From the human T2T-CHM13v2.0 reference genome, Homo sapiens, in contig CP086569.2 of the NCBI GenBank assembly GCA_009914755.4, positions 8,672,001-8,736,000 of the forward strand: a stretch of 64,000 bases of DNA, given 5' to 3'. Below the pieces are notes generated by a model, which was given only the letters and a program-made list of their open reading frames with translations, was not told the DNA's origin and did not search any database. Made by a program: the position numbers and the translations under genes. This document shows positions 1 through 13,467 of this stretch, in pieces. Position 1 is the first letter of the stretch; every line of letters begins with the position of its first letter.

Positions 1-3000
1 CTCTCCTAGGATCATGGAAATATGCTGCGTATCCCAGTGAGAAGACAGGCGAGAGTCCACTGCCGACGCACTTCCACGGAGGTCTCCTTCTCTGCCAAGC
101 CGCAGAGACTTGTCCCTAGGCAGCGGTGACATATGTTGTGACTCTAGCCAGAGCTCACAATCAGGCCTGGTGCCCTAAGAGTAGTGCATGTACCTTTGTG
201 AGGCAGGCTCAGGTTCCAGGCCATCAGAGATGTCAGCCTGCCTAAGCAGAGGAAAATGGTACAGGCAGAAGTGACCTGTTATTGTGAAAAAGGCTGCCTG
301 TCAAAATCCACTGCAAGACCCCAAAAGTCTCAAACTCAGGAACCATTCATGCCATCTCTGTTGCTGGGTCCTGCTGGAGGAGAAGACATTTTGATACTGT
401 GAGGTGGTCGCTGGAAACTGATCTTCTGACTCCGTTGCAGAAAGAGGCTTTGTGTAAGGATTGGGTCCCCTGGGAAATGAAATATATTCTGATGGGTTGT
501 TGAGGGTTCTTCGGGTGATAGAATCATACCTGAGACCCCAGAGATGGGTGTCAGAGAAAGATGGCTGGACTCTTGCCATCACTGCCTCTCTTCACTGTGG
601 GCCTTGCAGAAGCTCTCTGGGAAAGGCAGGAGCCATGATAAAGGCAAGTCCACTGTGGAGCAGTTTTGTCACACTCCGGATTGACATCTCACCAGAGCAG
701 ATGAGGTTGATACCCTGTCTCAGAGGCCATATGTGTTGATGGCAAGCATGATAAGGGTGTCCAGTACTGCTGATGAGGAGCACTGTGGATTCCCCATGAC
801 AGCAAAGAAAAATCAAAGCTTACCTGAGAGAATGAGATGCCTTGTGCTGGAGACTAATCAATGTTCACTGATTCCTGTCAGAGGACCCAAAAGCATCCGG
901 AAAAGTGCAAACAACCTCAACCCCCAAAAGGAGACAATGACCCACAACCTGGAGTGTAGACAGCCTACCCAAAGTCCCTTTTGCTCTCTGCAATCCGTGG
1001 CATCTAAATAATCTGTGGTGAGAGACAGCTTTATCTAGCAACAGCCCAATGAAAGAAACCCTCCACAATGAAAAGCCTATGCAGATGAAATGAAATAGAG
1101 GCTAGATTACCAGGCAAAAGCCAAACGTGACTGGCTTCTTCTCATCCTGCAGGAATCATGCAGCCCTCCAATAGAAGCTTGAGAACAAGAGTTTCCTTGT
1201 TAGCAGATGTAATAGGAATTTATGGTTTTGAAAGTATCAAAGCAGCCCAGTAATTGAAACCTGATGGTGTTTAGAAGGAAACACTCATGAAATGGATTCC
1301 AGTAAGGGTTGTTCTCTGTGACTGGGAAATGATTAGTGTGGAAGTCCTTGAGCCAGATGCAGGAAATCCTAGGCTGATAACAAATATGGAAGTCAGGAGA
1401 AGAAGAGGACAAGTCTGCAGGCCACATCACACCCAGCATCAATCCATTCCACTTCCATTTGTCTCCTGGCACGAAAGCCCTCCAATTGTCAGTTTTCTAA
1501 AATGGCCTTAATTTGCCCTCCAAATGTTCCTTGCAGGTTGGGGTACTCCCAACTGAACACAGAGCCATGGTGTGGACTGCTTGCACAATTAAAGGAATGT
1601 GGCGATGGAGTTGGAAGCGCCTTCTGTATCGTCTGTCTTCATTTTTTTGCAGGAGAAGTTGCGGGACCCCATCCACCCTTCACCAGATTGTATCCTCACC
1701 CCTATCTTATCTTATTGCTGCTTACACTGTATGTCCTAGGATGAAATCCCAACATGATGGAGGAGTCTACCCTCATCACGTGAAGCAACAAGCTCTCCTG
1801 TGAACTGAATTCGAGGTAAATAAAAGGAGCCCTGAGGACAGGACTGCTAATGTCTCTCACTGAGTTTGACAAAGGACAATGAAACACTGGGAGATGTCTG
1901 CTTTTTGGTGTACTGTGCTATGTACTGTTTTTTTTTTGTTGTTTTCTTTTGTTTTCATTTTTTTGTTTTGTTTTGTTTTGTTTTTTCCAAAGAGAGGTGA
2001 TTTGTATGCCAGCGGGTCTCTGCCTGCCTTCCAATTCACTGCGGACTCATGATCCACAGAAAAGTAAAGAACACAAGTACTCGCAGCCCAAGCACAGCCA
2101 GACAGACAGACCAACAAAAGGTTGTGTGACTGAAAGAAATGAAGCACTGAAGTGCGTTAGCCACATTCCTTTAAGCAGACTCCATTTACAGTCACACACA
2201 CACACACACAAACAATGTCCAGCACACACACAGACATCAAACATTCTCAACAATTCCACAGAAACATGCAGCCCAGCACTTTCTGAGTCTGTGTAGTTCT
2301 GCAGGAAGCCCCACATGGGATAGAGCAACCCGGGGAACACAGGCAGGCTGTATCTAGAAATCACAGTGCAGCAAGTTTCAAAAAGACTCACCCCTACAAT
2401 GTCTAGGCAGGCCTAAGGAATCCTGCAGATTCTTTTGGAACATTAGGGATATTGAAGATTCTTCCTGGAGCTCTGCTTGATGTTTCTGATGTTTCTTCAG
2501 GCTGGCTGATGTCTGTCCTCCCCTAGGATCATGGAACTGTCCCCTGGATCCCACAGAGAAGACAGGTGAGAGTCTTCCACTGACAGACCTCCACGGATGT
2601 CTTTTCCTCCACCAAGTCACAGGGACTGGTCACTAGGCAATGGTTAAATTCACTGTGAGGCTAACCAGAGCTCACAGTCCTGGTGCTCTGAGACTGGCAT
2701 ATGTGCACTCATGTGGCAGGCTTGGGCACCATGCTGTTAGAGCTGTCAGTCTCCATCAGCAGAGGAAACTGGGACAGGCAGAGCCAGCCTGGTATCAGAA
2801 AAAAGGCTGCCTGCAAAAACCTTCTGTGGGACCCTAAATGTCTCAATCTCAGGGACCCTTCTGGCTGTCTTGGTGGTGGGCTTTTGCTGAAGTAGGAGGC
2901 TTTTCAAGACTGAAGTGGTCACTGGAAACTGCACTTCTGTCTCCATTCTTGAAAGAAGCTGTGTGCAAGAATCACGTCCATTGTGGATCGGAATATAGTC

Positions 3001-6000
3001 TGTTGCTTGTTGCGGGTTCTTTGAGCAATAGAATCATACCTGAGACTCCAGAGGTGGGTGTCAGAGGAAGGTGGCTGGGCTCATGCCCTCACTGTCTCCC
3101 TTCATCCTGGGCCTCATAGGGGCTCTCTGGGAAAGGTACGAACCATGACAAAGGCAAGCCCAACGTGAAGCAGTGTTCTCACTCATTGGACTGGCCTCTC
3201 ACGGGTGCAGATGAGGTTGATACAGTGTATCAGAGGCCGTCTGTAGCAAAGGAAATCCTAAAAAGGGTGTCCAGTGGTGCTATTGTGTATCACTGTGGAT
3301 TCTCCATGGAAGCAAAAAGTCAAGGCTCCCTTGAGAGAATGAGATGCCTTGTGCTGGAGTCCATGCAATACTCAATGATTTCTGTTAGAAGACCCAAAGC
3401 CTCCTGCAAAGTTCAAGCAACCTCAGCCCCCACAATGAGACAATGGCCCACACCCTGGAGTGCAGCCAGCCAACATGAAGTCCCTTTTGCTCCCCGAAAT
3501 TCCTGGCAGCCAAGAAATCTGGGGTGAGAGGCAGGGCAATGCAGGAACAACCCAATGAAAGAGCCCCTCCACAATGATAAAGGACTTGCAGATGAATTGA
3601 AACAGAGGCTAGATTACCAGGCAATGCCAGACAAGGCTGCCTGCTATTCATCATACCGGAATCTTGCAGCCCTCTGAAAGAAGTAGGAGAACAAGAGTTT
3701 CCTTGTTGGCAGCTGTAACTGATATTTACAGTTTTAAAAGTATCAAAGCTGCCCAGTCATTAAAACTTGACAGTGTTTAGAAGGAAACCCTCATGCAGTG
3801 GATTCGAATGAGGGTCATCCTCCATGAACTGGGAAATTTATTGTGGTAGACATTTAGACAGATCCAAGAAACCCCAGGCCAATGGGGAAAATGGAAGTCA
3901 GGAGAAGAGGAGTCAAGTGTGAAGGCCACATCCCACCCAGCATCAATCCATACCACACCCATTTAGTTCTGGGTATGACAGCCCTGAAATTGGGAGTTTG
4001 CCAGGATGGTTGAGTATGCAGTCCAAACGTTCTCCGCATGTAGAAGTACTCCCACCTGAACTCCAGGCCATGATGTGGATGGCTTGTGCAATTAAGGAAA
4101 TGTGGGGATGCTGTTGGAAGTAACTTCTGCACCATCAGTCTTCACCTTTTTTGCAGGTGAAGGTGTGGATCTGCATGAAAACCTCACCAGATTGTATCCT
4201 CACCCCTGTTTGACCTTATTGCTGCTCACACTATATGTCCCAGGATGAATTCCCAAGACAATTGAGGAGTGCTCCCTCACAATGTGAAACACCTGCTCTA
4301 CTGCGAACTGAATTACAGGTAAATTCAAGGGGCCCTGCCAACAGGACTTCTAGTGTCTCTCCCTGGGTTAGCCACAGGCCAATGAAACAGTCGAAGATGT
4401 ACATTATTGGGTGAGGTGTGCTCCTCTTCTTTCTAGTAGAGTGGCTTTTTTTTTTTTTTTTTTTTTTTTTTGCAGGTGTAGGAGATTTGGACCATGGCAG
4501 GTAACAGCCAGCCTCCCAAATCACTGTGGATTCTTGATCCACAGAAAAATAAAGAACACAGAGACCTACAGCCCAAGCAGAGCCACACAGGCCACCAAAA
4601 GTTTGGGAAACAAAAAAAAAGTGCTGCAGTGCATTAGCCTAATTCACTTACACAGACTCTGCTTAAACTCACACACACACAAACACACACACACACAAAG
4701 CCACACACACAGAGACATCAAAACTCACAACACTTTCACAGAAATTACAGCCCTACTGGTCCTGAGGCTGCATGGTTCTGCAGGAATCCCCACCTGGGAG
4801 AGAACCATCCCAGGCAACACAGGTGGGCTGTACCAAGAAATCACAGCAGGGGCAAGTTTCAAAAAGACTCAACCCTACAATGTCTAGGCAGGCCTGAGGT
4901 ATCCTACAGATTCTTTTGGATCCTTAGGGATTTTGCGGATTATTCCTGGGGCTTTGTTTGATCTTTCTTCATGATGGCTTATGTCTGCCCTCTCCTAGGA
5001 TAGCCAAAACATCCTGTGGATCCAACAGAGAAGACAGGCGAATGTGTACTTCCAATACACATCCATGGTGGTCTCCTTCTCCACCAAGCCCCAGGGACTT
5101 GTTGCTAGGCAACACTGTCATTCATTGTGACGCTTGCCAGAGCTTACAGCTCTGGCCTGGTGACAGGACACTAGCACATTTGCATTCGTATCACAGGCTT
5201 GGGGGTCCAGCTGTCAGAGCTGTCAGGCTGCCTAAGCAGAGAAAAGTGGTATAGGGAGAGACGGCCTCATGCTGGGAAAATAGCTGCCTGAGATAACCCA
5301 CTGAGAGACCATAAAAGTCTCACTGTCAGGTCTTTTTTGGGCCATCTTCTTGGTCAGGTTTCACTACAGGTGGAGCCAATTTGAGACTGTGGCCTGGTTG
5401 CTGGAAACTGTACTTTTAACTCCATTCCTGAAAGAGGCTGTGAGCAGGAATCAGGTCCCATGGCAATTGGAATATAGTCTGTTGAGTTGTTGAGGGGTCT
5501 CTGGGTGATGAAATCATACCTGAGACTGCAGAGGCTGGTGTCAACAAAAGATGTCTGTGCCCTGGATGTCACTTCCTGCCTTCATCCTGGGCCTCACAGG
5601 TACTCTCTGGGAAAGGCAGGAACCACGACAAAGGCATGTATATGGTGGAGTAGTTTTCTCACACCATGAACTGGCCTCTCATGGGTGCAGATGAGATTGA
5701 GACAGTGTCTCAGAGGACATTTGTTGTGACTGTAAGCCTGAAAAGGGTGTGCAGTAATACTGGTTAGGGGCAATGTGTACCCTCCATGAAAGCAAGAAAA
5801 AAATCAATGCTCATGTGAGAGAATCAGCTGAATTGTGCTGAAGTCCAAGCAATGCTGAAAGACTTCTTTCAGAGTACCCAAAAGCCACCTGCAAAGTGCA
5901 AGCAACCTCAGTTCCCAAGATGAGATCACAACCCACAATCTGGAGTGGAGCCAGCCTACCTGAAGTCTCTTTTGCTCTCTGAAATCCACAGTATCTGTGG

Positions 6001-9000
6001 TGAGAGGAAGTCCCATACAGCAACAGCCCAATGAAACACCCACTCCTCAGTGAGAAAGGACATGCAAGCACAATGAAACAGAGCCTAAATTACCAGGCAA
6101 AAGCCAGACACGGCTACCTGCTTTTCATCCTACAGGAATCATGCAGCCCTCACATAGAAGTGGGAGAACAAGAGTTTTCTTGTTGGTGGCTTTAACAGAA
6201 ATTTATGAATTTATGGTTTTAAAATATCTCAGCTGTGCAGTCATTAAAACTTCACAGTGTTTAGAAGGAAACACTAACACAATTGATTCTCATGAGGGTC
6301 GTCCTCTGTGAACTAGGAAATATTTAGTGTGGAAGGCATTGACCAGATCCAGGATGAGGATCATGAAAGAAAGGAAAAGAAGAGGTAAGTGTAGGGGCCA
6401 CATCCCACCCAGCATCTATCCATCTTGCTTTCATCTGGCTTCTGGTATGAAAGCCCTCAAGTCGGGAGTTTGCCAGCATGGCCCCAGTTTTCACTGCATA
6501 TGTTCCATGCACGTTGGAGTACTCCCACCTCAACACTCGGTCATGTTGTGGACTGCTTGTGCAGTTAAGAGAATGAAGAGATGCAGTTGGAAGTACCTTC
6601 TGTGTCATCTGTCTTCACCTTTTTTCAGGTGAAGGTGCAGCACCCCATCCACCCCTCACTACATTATATCCACACCCCTAACTAACCTTATTGATGTTCA
6701 CACTCTCTGTCCCAGAATGCAGATGATAGAGGAGTGCCCCCTCATGATGTGAAGCTCCTACTCAGCTGACAACCAAATTTGACGTAAATTCAATGGGGCC
6801 TGCGGACAGGAATGCTAGCATCCCTCCCTGAGTTGGCCACAGGACAATGAAACACTAGATGTCTGTTCATGGGTGTGGTGTGCACCTCTTCTTTCTGGAA
6901 GAGTGGCTTCTTTTGCAGGGGGAGGTGATTTGGATCCCAGCTGGTCTCAGTCAAGCTCCCAATTCACTATAAGTTCATGATCCACAGAATAAAAAACATG
7001 GAGCCCTATAGCCCAAGCAGAGCCACAGAGACAGCCCACCAAAAGCTTGGGAGAATTAAAAAAAAAAAAAAGAAGAAGAAGAAGAAGAAGCTCTGCAGTG
7101 CATTAGCCACATTTTTTTAAGCGGACTCCACTTACAGGCATACAGACAGAGACACAGACACACACACACACTCAAAGCCACACACACAGGCAGATACCCA
7201 ACAATTGCAACACTCCCACAGAATCACACAGCCCAGTAGCTTCTGAGGCTGCGTGGTTCTGCAGACAGCCCCACTTGGGAGACAGCATCTTTGGGTATAC
7301 AGGTGGGCTGTACCAATAAATCACAGTGGGGCAAGTTTCGAAAAGACTCACCCCTACAACTTCTAGGTAGGTCTGAGGCATCATGCAGATCCTTTTAGAT
7401 CCTTAGGGATTTCGTGATTTATTCCTTGGGCTCTGCTTGAGATTTCTTCAGGCAGCTCACGTCTGACCTCTCTTAGGATCATGGGACTATTTCATGGATC
7501 CCACAGATAAGGCAGGCGAGAGACCACTGCCAACGCACCTCCAGGGAGGTATCCTTCTAAGTCGAGCCACGAGTGGCTTGTGGACTCGTGGACTTGTGGC
7601 TAGAATACGGAGGCATTTATTGTGATGCTAACCAGAGCTCACAGCTCAAGCCCCGTGCCTTAAGACTAGCGCATGCGCATTCACGATGGAGGCGTCCACG
7701 CTAGGCTTTCAGAGCTGTCAGCCTGTCTATGCAGAGGAAAATGGTACCGGCAGAGCCTGCCTGATATCGGGAAAAGTCGGCCTACAAAAACCCACTGGGA
7801 GACCCTGAAAGTCTTGATCTTAGGGCCCCTTCAGATCATCTCTATGGTCAGGTCACGCTGGAGGTCAAGGCATTTCATGACTGTGAGGTCGTCGCTGATA
7901 ACTGCTTTCCTGACTCCATTCTTGAAAGAGGCTGTGTGCAAGAATCAGGTCCATGGTGATTGGAATATAGTGTGGTGTGTTGTTGTGTTCTTTGGGAGAC
8001 AGACTCATACTTGGGACCCCAGAGGCAGTTGCAGTGTCAAAATATGGCCAGGCTCTTGACCTCACTGCCTCCCTTCATCCTGGGCCTCACATGGGCTCTC
8101 TGGGAAAGGCAGGAACCAGGACAAAGGCAAGTCCAAGATGGATCAGTGTTCTCACACCTCTGACTGGCCTCTCACAGGTGCAGATGAGGTTGAGACAGTG
8201 TCTCAGAGGCCATCTGTGGTGATGGGGATGTCCAGTAGTGCTGCTGAGGGGCACTGAGGATTTCCTATGAGAGCAGAGAGAAATCAAGGCTTGCCTGAGA
8301 GAACGAGCTGCCTTGTTCTGGAATCCAAGCAATGTTCAATGATTCCTGTGAGAAGACCCAACAGCCTCCTGCTAAGTGCAAACAACCTCAGCAACCACAA
8401 TAAGAGAACGATCCACAACCTGGAGTGCAGCCAGCCTACCTGAAGTACCTCTTACTCTCTGCAATCCCTGTCAGCTGAATAATCTGTGATGAGAGGCAGT
8501 CCCAACCAGTCCCAAAGAAAGAACCCCTCCACAATGAGAAGGCCATGTAGATGAAATAAAACAGGGGCTAGATTACCAGGCAAAAGCCAGTCATGGCTGC
8601 CTGCCTCTCATCCTACAGGAATAATGCAGCCATGTGACAGAAGTGAGAAAACAAGAGTTTCCTTGTTTGTGGCTGTAGCGAGAATTTGTGGTTTTAAAAG
8701 TGTCAAAGCAGCCCAGTCATTAAAACATGAAAGTGTTAAGAAGAAAGCAGTCACACAATGGATTCCCATCAGTCACGTTGTCCATGAAGTTGGAAACATT
8801 TAGTGTGGAAGTCATTGAGCCAGACCCAGGAAACCCTAGGCCAATGAGGAACATGGAAGTAAAGAAAAGAAGAGGCAAGTCTGGAGGCCATATCCCACCC
8901 AGCATCGATACATTCCACTCCCATTTGGCTCTGGGTGTGAAAGCCCTCAAATGGGAAATTTGACAGGGTGGCCTCAATTTGCACTCCAAATGTGGCTTGC

Positions 9001-12000
9001 ACGTTGGAGTACCCCCACCTGAACACCAAGCCAAGATGTGGACTGCTTGTGTAATTAAGGGAATGCAGGGTTGGAGTTGGAAGCACTTTCTGTGTCATCT
9101 GTCTTCATTTTTTTTTTTTTGCAGGTGAAGTTGCAGGACCCAATCTTCCCCTCAGCGGTCGTATCCTCACCCCTGTCTAACATTATTGCTACTTATACTC
9201 TATTTCCCAGGGTGAAATCCCAAGATGATTGAGGAGTGCCCCCTCACAACTTGAAGCAACTGCTCAACTGGGAACTGAATGCTAGGTAAATTCAAGGGGC
9301 TCTACAGGCAGGACTGCTAATGTCTCTCCCTGGGTTGGCCGCTGGACAGTGAAACACTGGGAAATGTCTGTTTGTGTGTGTGGGCGGGGGGGTATGCTCT
9401 TCTTTCTAGAGGAGTGGCTTTTTTTGTTTCAGGTGGAGGTGATTTAGTGCATCTTGGCACTCCTCCTAATTCACTGTGGATTCAAGATCCACAGAAAAAC
9501 AAAGAACACTGAGCACTTCAGCCCTAGCAGAGCCACACACAGGCCACCAAAAAGTTTGGAGACTCAAAAAAAAGAAACACTGAAGTGCATTATCCACATT
9601 ACTTTAAGCTGATTCCACTTACAGGCACACACACATGCACACACAAACACACAATGACACACACACATGCAGGCATCTAACACTCACAAAACTCCCACAG
9701 AAACACACAGCCCAGCAGCTCCTGAGGCTGCATGGTTCCACAGGAAGCCACATCCGGGAGAGAGCAACCCCAAGGAACACAGGTGGGCTGTACCTACATA
9801 ACACAGCGGGAGAAGGTTCAAAAAGACTCACCCCTACATCGTCTAGCAGACCTGAGCAATCCTGCAGAGATTTTTGGATCCTCACAGATTTCACAGTTTA
9901 TTTCTGGGGCTGTGCTTGATGTTTCTTCAGGCTGGCTCACTTCTGTCCCCTCCTAGCATCATGGGAATATCCCTTGCATCCCACAGAGAAGATAGGTGAG
10001 AGTCCACCACCTATGCAACCTCATGGAGGTCTCCTTCTCTGTTAAGCTGCAGGGACATGTCACTATGCAATGGTGACATTCATTGTGGCACTAGCCAGAG
10101 CTCACAATCAGGCCTGGTGACCTGAGACTAGCATATGCACATTCCTGAGGCAGGCAAGCAGAGGAAAATGGTGTAGGCCAAGCTGGCATGATGTCAGGAA
10201 AAAGGCTCCCTGTAAAAACCCATTGTAGGACCCTAGAAATCTCCACCTCAGGGCCCCTTCAGGTTGTATACATGGACGGGTCCCACTGAAGGAGGAGGCA
10301 TTCTGAGACTGTGAGGTAGTCACTGGAAACTGCTTTTCTGACTCCATGCCCAAAAGAGGCTGTGTGCAAGAATCGAATCCCATGGGGATTGGGACATAGT
10401 CTTGTGTGTCGTTAAGTGTTCTTTAGGTGCTAGAATCATACCTGAGATCCCAGAGGTGGGTGTCAGCGAAAGATGGCCAGGCTCATGACCTCACTTTCTC
10501 CCTTCATCCTGGGACTCGCAGGGCTATCCAGGAAAGGCAGGAACCATGACAAAGGAAAGTCCACGGTGAAGCAGTGTTCTCACACCTTGGATTGGCCTCT
10601 CACAGGTTCAGTTGAGGTTCAGACAGTGTCTCAGAGGCCGTCTGTGGTGATGGGGATGTCCAGTAGTGCTGTTGAGGGGCACAGTGGATTCCCCATGAAA
10701 GCAAAGAAAAATCAAAGCTCATCTGAGAGAACAAGACACCTTGTATTTGAGTCCAAGCAATGTACAAAAATTCCTGTCAGAGGACCCTAGAGCCTCCTGC
10801 AAAGTGCAAACAACCTCAACCCCCATAACAAGAGAACGACTCCCAACCTGGAGCACAGCCAGCTTACCTGAAGTCTCTTTTGCTGTCTGAAATCCATGGC
10901 AGCTACATAATGTGTAGCAATAAACAGTCCCGTCCTGCAACATCCCAATGAAAGAGCCCCTTCACAATGAGAAACCTGTGCTGATGAAATGAAAGAGAGA
11001 CTAGATTACCAGGAGAAAGCCAAACACAGCTGCCTGCATCTCTTAATAAAGTAATCATCCAGCCCTCCGAAAAATGTGGGAGAACAAGACTTTCCTTGTT
11101 GGCAGCTGAAATGGGACTTTACAGTATTAAAAGTATCAAAGCTGCCCAGTCATTAAAATGTGACAGTGTTTAGAAGGAAACACTTTTGCAATGGATTCCT
11201 ATGAGGGTCATTCTCTGTGAACTGGGAAAAGTTTAGTGGGCAAGTCCTTGAACCAGACACAGGAAACCCTAGGCTGACTGGGAACATGGAAGTCAGGAAA
11301 AGAAGAGGCAAGTGTGGAAGCCACATGACACCCAGCATCAATCCATTCCAATCTCATTTGGCTCTGGGTATGAAAGCCCTCAAATCGTAAGTCTGCCAGG
11401 TTGGCCCCAATTTGCACTCCAAATGTTTCTTGCACATTGGAGTACTCTCACATGAACACTGGGCCATGGTGTGGACTGCTTGTGCAGTTAAGGGAATGCA
11501 AGGATGGAGTTGGAAGTGCCTTCTTTGTTACCTGTCTTCATTTTTCTGCAGGTGAAGTTGTGGGACTCCATCTACCCCTCACAAGATTTTACCCTCACTC
11601 CTATCTGACTTTATTGCTGCTCAAACTCTATGTCCCAGAATGAAATCCCAAGACAATGGAAGAGTGCCCCTTCATGTGAAACACCTGCTCACCTGGGAAC
11701 TGAATTCCAGGTAATTTCAAAGGGCACTGTGGACAGGACTGTTAATGTCTTTCCCAGGGTTGGCCACAGGAAAATGAAACACTGGGAGATGCCTGTTTTT
11801 TTGGTGTGGTGTGCTCCTCCTCTTTCTAGGAGGGTGGCTTTTTTCTCAGGGGGAGATGATTTGGATGCCAGCGGGTGTCGGCCAGCTTCCCACTTCACTG
11901 TGGATTAATGATCCATAGAAAAATAAAGAACACAGAGCCCCACAGCCAAAGCAGAGCCACAACCACAGGCCAACAAAAGGTTGGGAGACTCAAAAAAAAG

Positions 12001-13250
12001 AAGCGCTGAAGTCTGTTAGCCACATTCCTTTAAGCCTACTCCACTTACAGGCACATTCCCCCCTGCCCTTCCCACACACACACACAATGCCACACACACA
12101 CACACTCAGACATGACCACTCCCAACACTCTTACAGAAACATACAGCCAGCAGCTCCTGAGGCTGCATAGTTCTGCAGGAAGACCTACCAGGGAGAGAGC
12201 AACCCCCATTAAAACAGGCATGCTGTACCTAGAAATCGCACTGTGGCTAGTTTCAAAAAGACTCCCCCCCTACAAAGTCTAGGCAGGCCTGAGGAATCCT
12301 GTAGATCCTTTTGGCTCCTTAGGAATTTCGTGGTTTATTCCTGGGGCTGTTCTTGACATTTCTTCAGGCTGGCTCATGTCTGCCCTCTCCTGCGATCATG
12401 GGACTATCCTGTGGATTCCACAGATAAGACACGCAAGAGTCCACCACCGATGCACCTCCACGGAGGTCTCCTTCTCTGTCAAGATGCAGAGACTTGTCAC
12501 TACGCAACGCTGACGTTCATTTTGACGCTAGCCAGAACTCACCATCAGGCCTCCTGCCCTGAGACTAGCGCATGTGCATTCATTAGGCAGGTCCAGGGAG
12601 CCCGACTGTCAGAGCTGTAAGAGCTGAAGAAGAAGATGGTTCAGGCAGAGGCAGCCTGTTACAGGGGAAAAGGCTGACTGCGAAAACCCATTGCGGGACC
12701 CTAAAAGTCTCGAACTCAGGCCCATTTGGGTCGTCTACATGGTCTGGACCTGCTGCGGGAGGAGGCATTTCAAGACTGTGAGGTGGTCGCTGGAAACTAC
12801 TTTTCTGACTCCATTCTGGAAAGAGGCTATGTACAAGAATCCGGCCCCACTGGGATTGGAATATACTCTGGTGTGTTGTTGCAGAGGTGATAGAATCATA
12901 CCTTAGGTGATAGAATCATACCTGAGACCCCAGAGGCGGGTGTCCGCGAACGACGGCCGGCTCTTGCCCTCACTGCCTCCCTTCGTCATGGGACTCGCAG
13001 GGACTCTCTAGGAAAGACAACAACGACGGCAAAGGCAAGTCCAATGTGGAGCCGTGTTCTCTCACTTTGGACTCGCCTCCCACTGGTGCAGATGAGGTTG
13101 AGACAGTGTCTTAGAGGCCGTCAATGGCGATGGCAAGCCTGGAAAGGGTGTCCAGTAGTGCTGCTGAGGGGCCCTGTGGATTCCCCAATGAAAGCAAAGA
13201 AAAATCAAAGCTCGCCTGAGAGAACTAGTTGCCTTTTCCTAAAGTCCAAG
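1..13250. repeat. Macrosatellite-like tandem array. The unit is about 2.44-2.52 kb with about 5.35 copies. Unit starts are near 1, 2517, 4990, 7468, 9948 and 12386; the last unit is partial (about 865 bp).
   Basis: The motif ctctcctaggatcatgg...cccacagagaagacaggcgagagtcc recurs at a spacing of 2437-2516 bp. Long stretches between units are collinear at roughly 75-80% identity. Each unit carries small internal poly-T, (AC)n and (GAA)n tracts at homologous positions whose length varies between copies. No ORF is conserved between units. Confidence 0.9.
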
Positions 13251-13467
13251 CTCTGCCTCCCGGGTTCACGGCATTCTCCTGCCTCAGCTTCCCGAGTAGC
13301 TGGGACTACAGGTGCGTCCAACCACGCCCAGCTATTTTTTTGTATTTTTAGTAGAGACAGGGTTTCACCGTGTTAGCCAGGATGGTCTAGATCTCCTGAC
13401 CTCGTGATCCACCCACCTTGGCCTCCCAAAGTGCTGGGATTATAGGCATAAGGCACTGCACTCAGCC
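13247..13467 (-). mobile_element. Alu SINE fragment: the 5' three-quarters of the Alu, lacking the 3' end and A-tail. It abuts the end of the tandem array.
   Basis: Reverse-complement Alu consensus, ...ctccgcctcccgggttcacgccattctcctgcctcagcctcccgagtagctgggactacagg...gcctcccaaagtgctgggattataggca. Confidence 0.9.

Noticed and set aside
461-13376. Numerous 60-160-aa ORFs in the six-frame track across the tandem array, for example 3165-3527, 4411-4887 and 7673-8059.
   Set aside because: None is conserved in frame between paralogous units. Several run through poly-T or (AC)n tracts. They are chance ORFs in non-coding repeat DNA.
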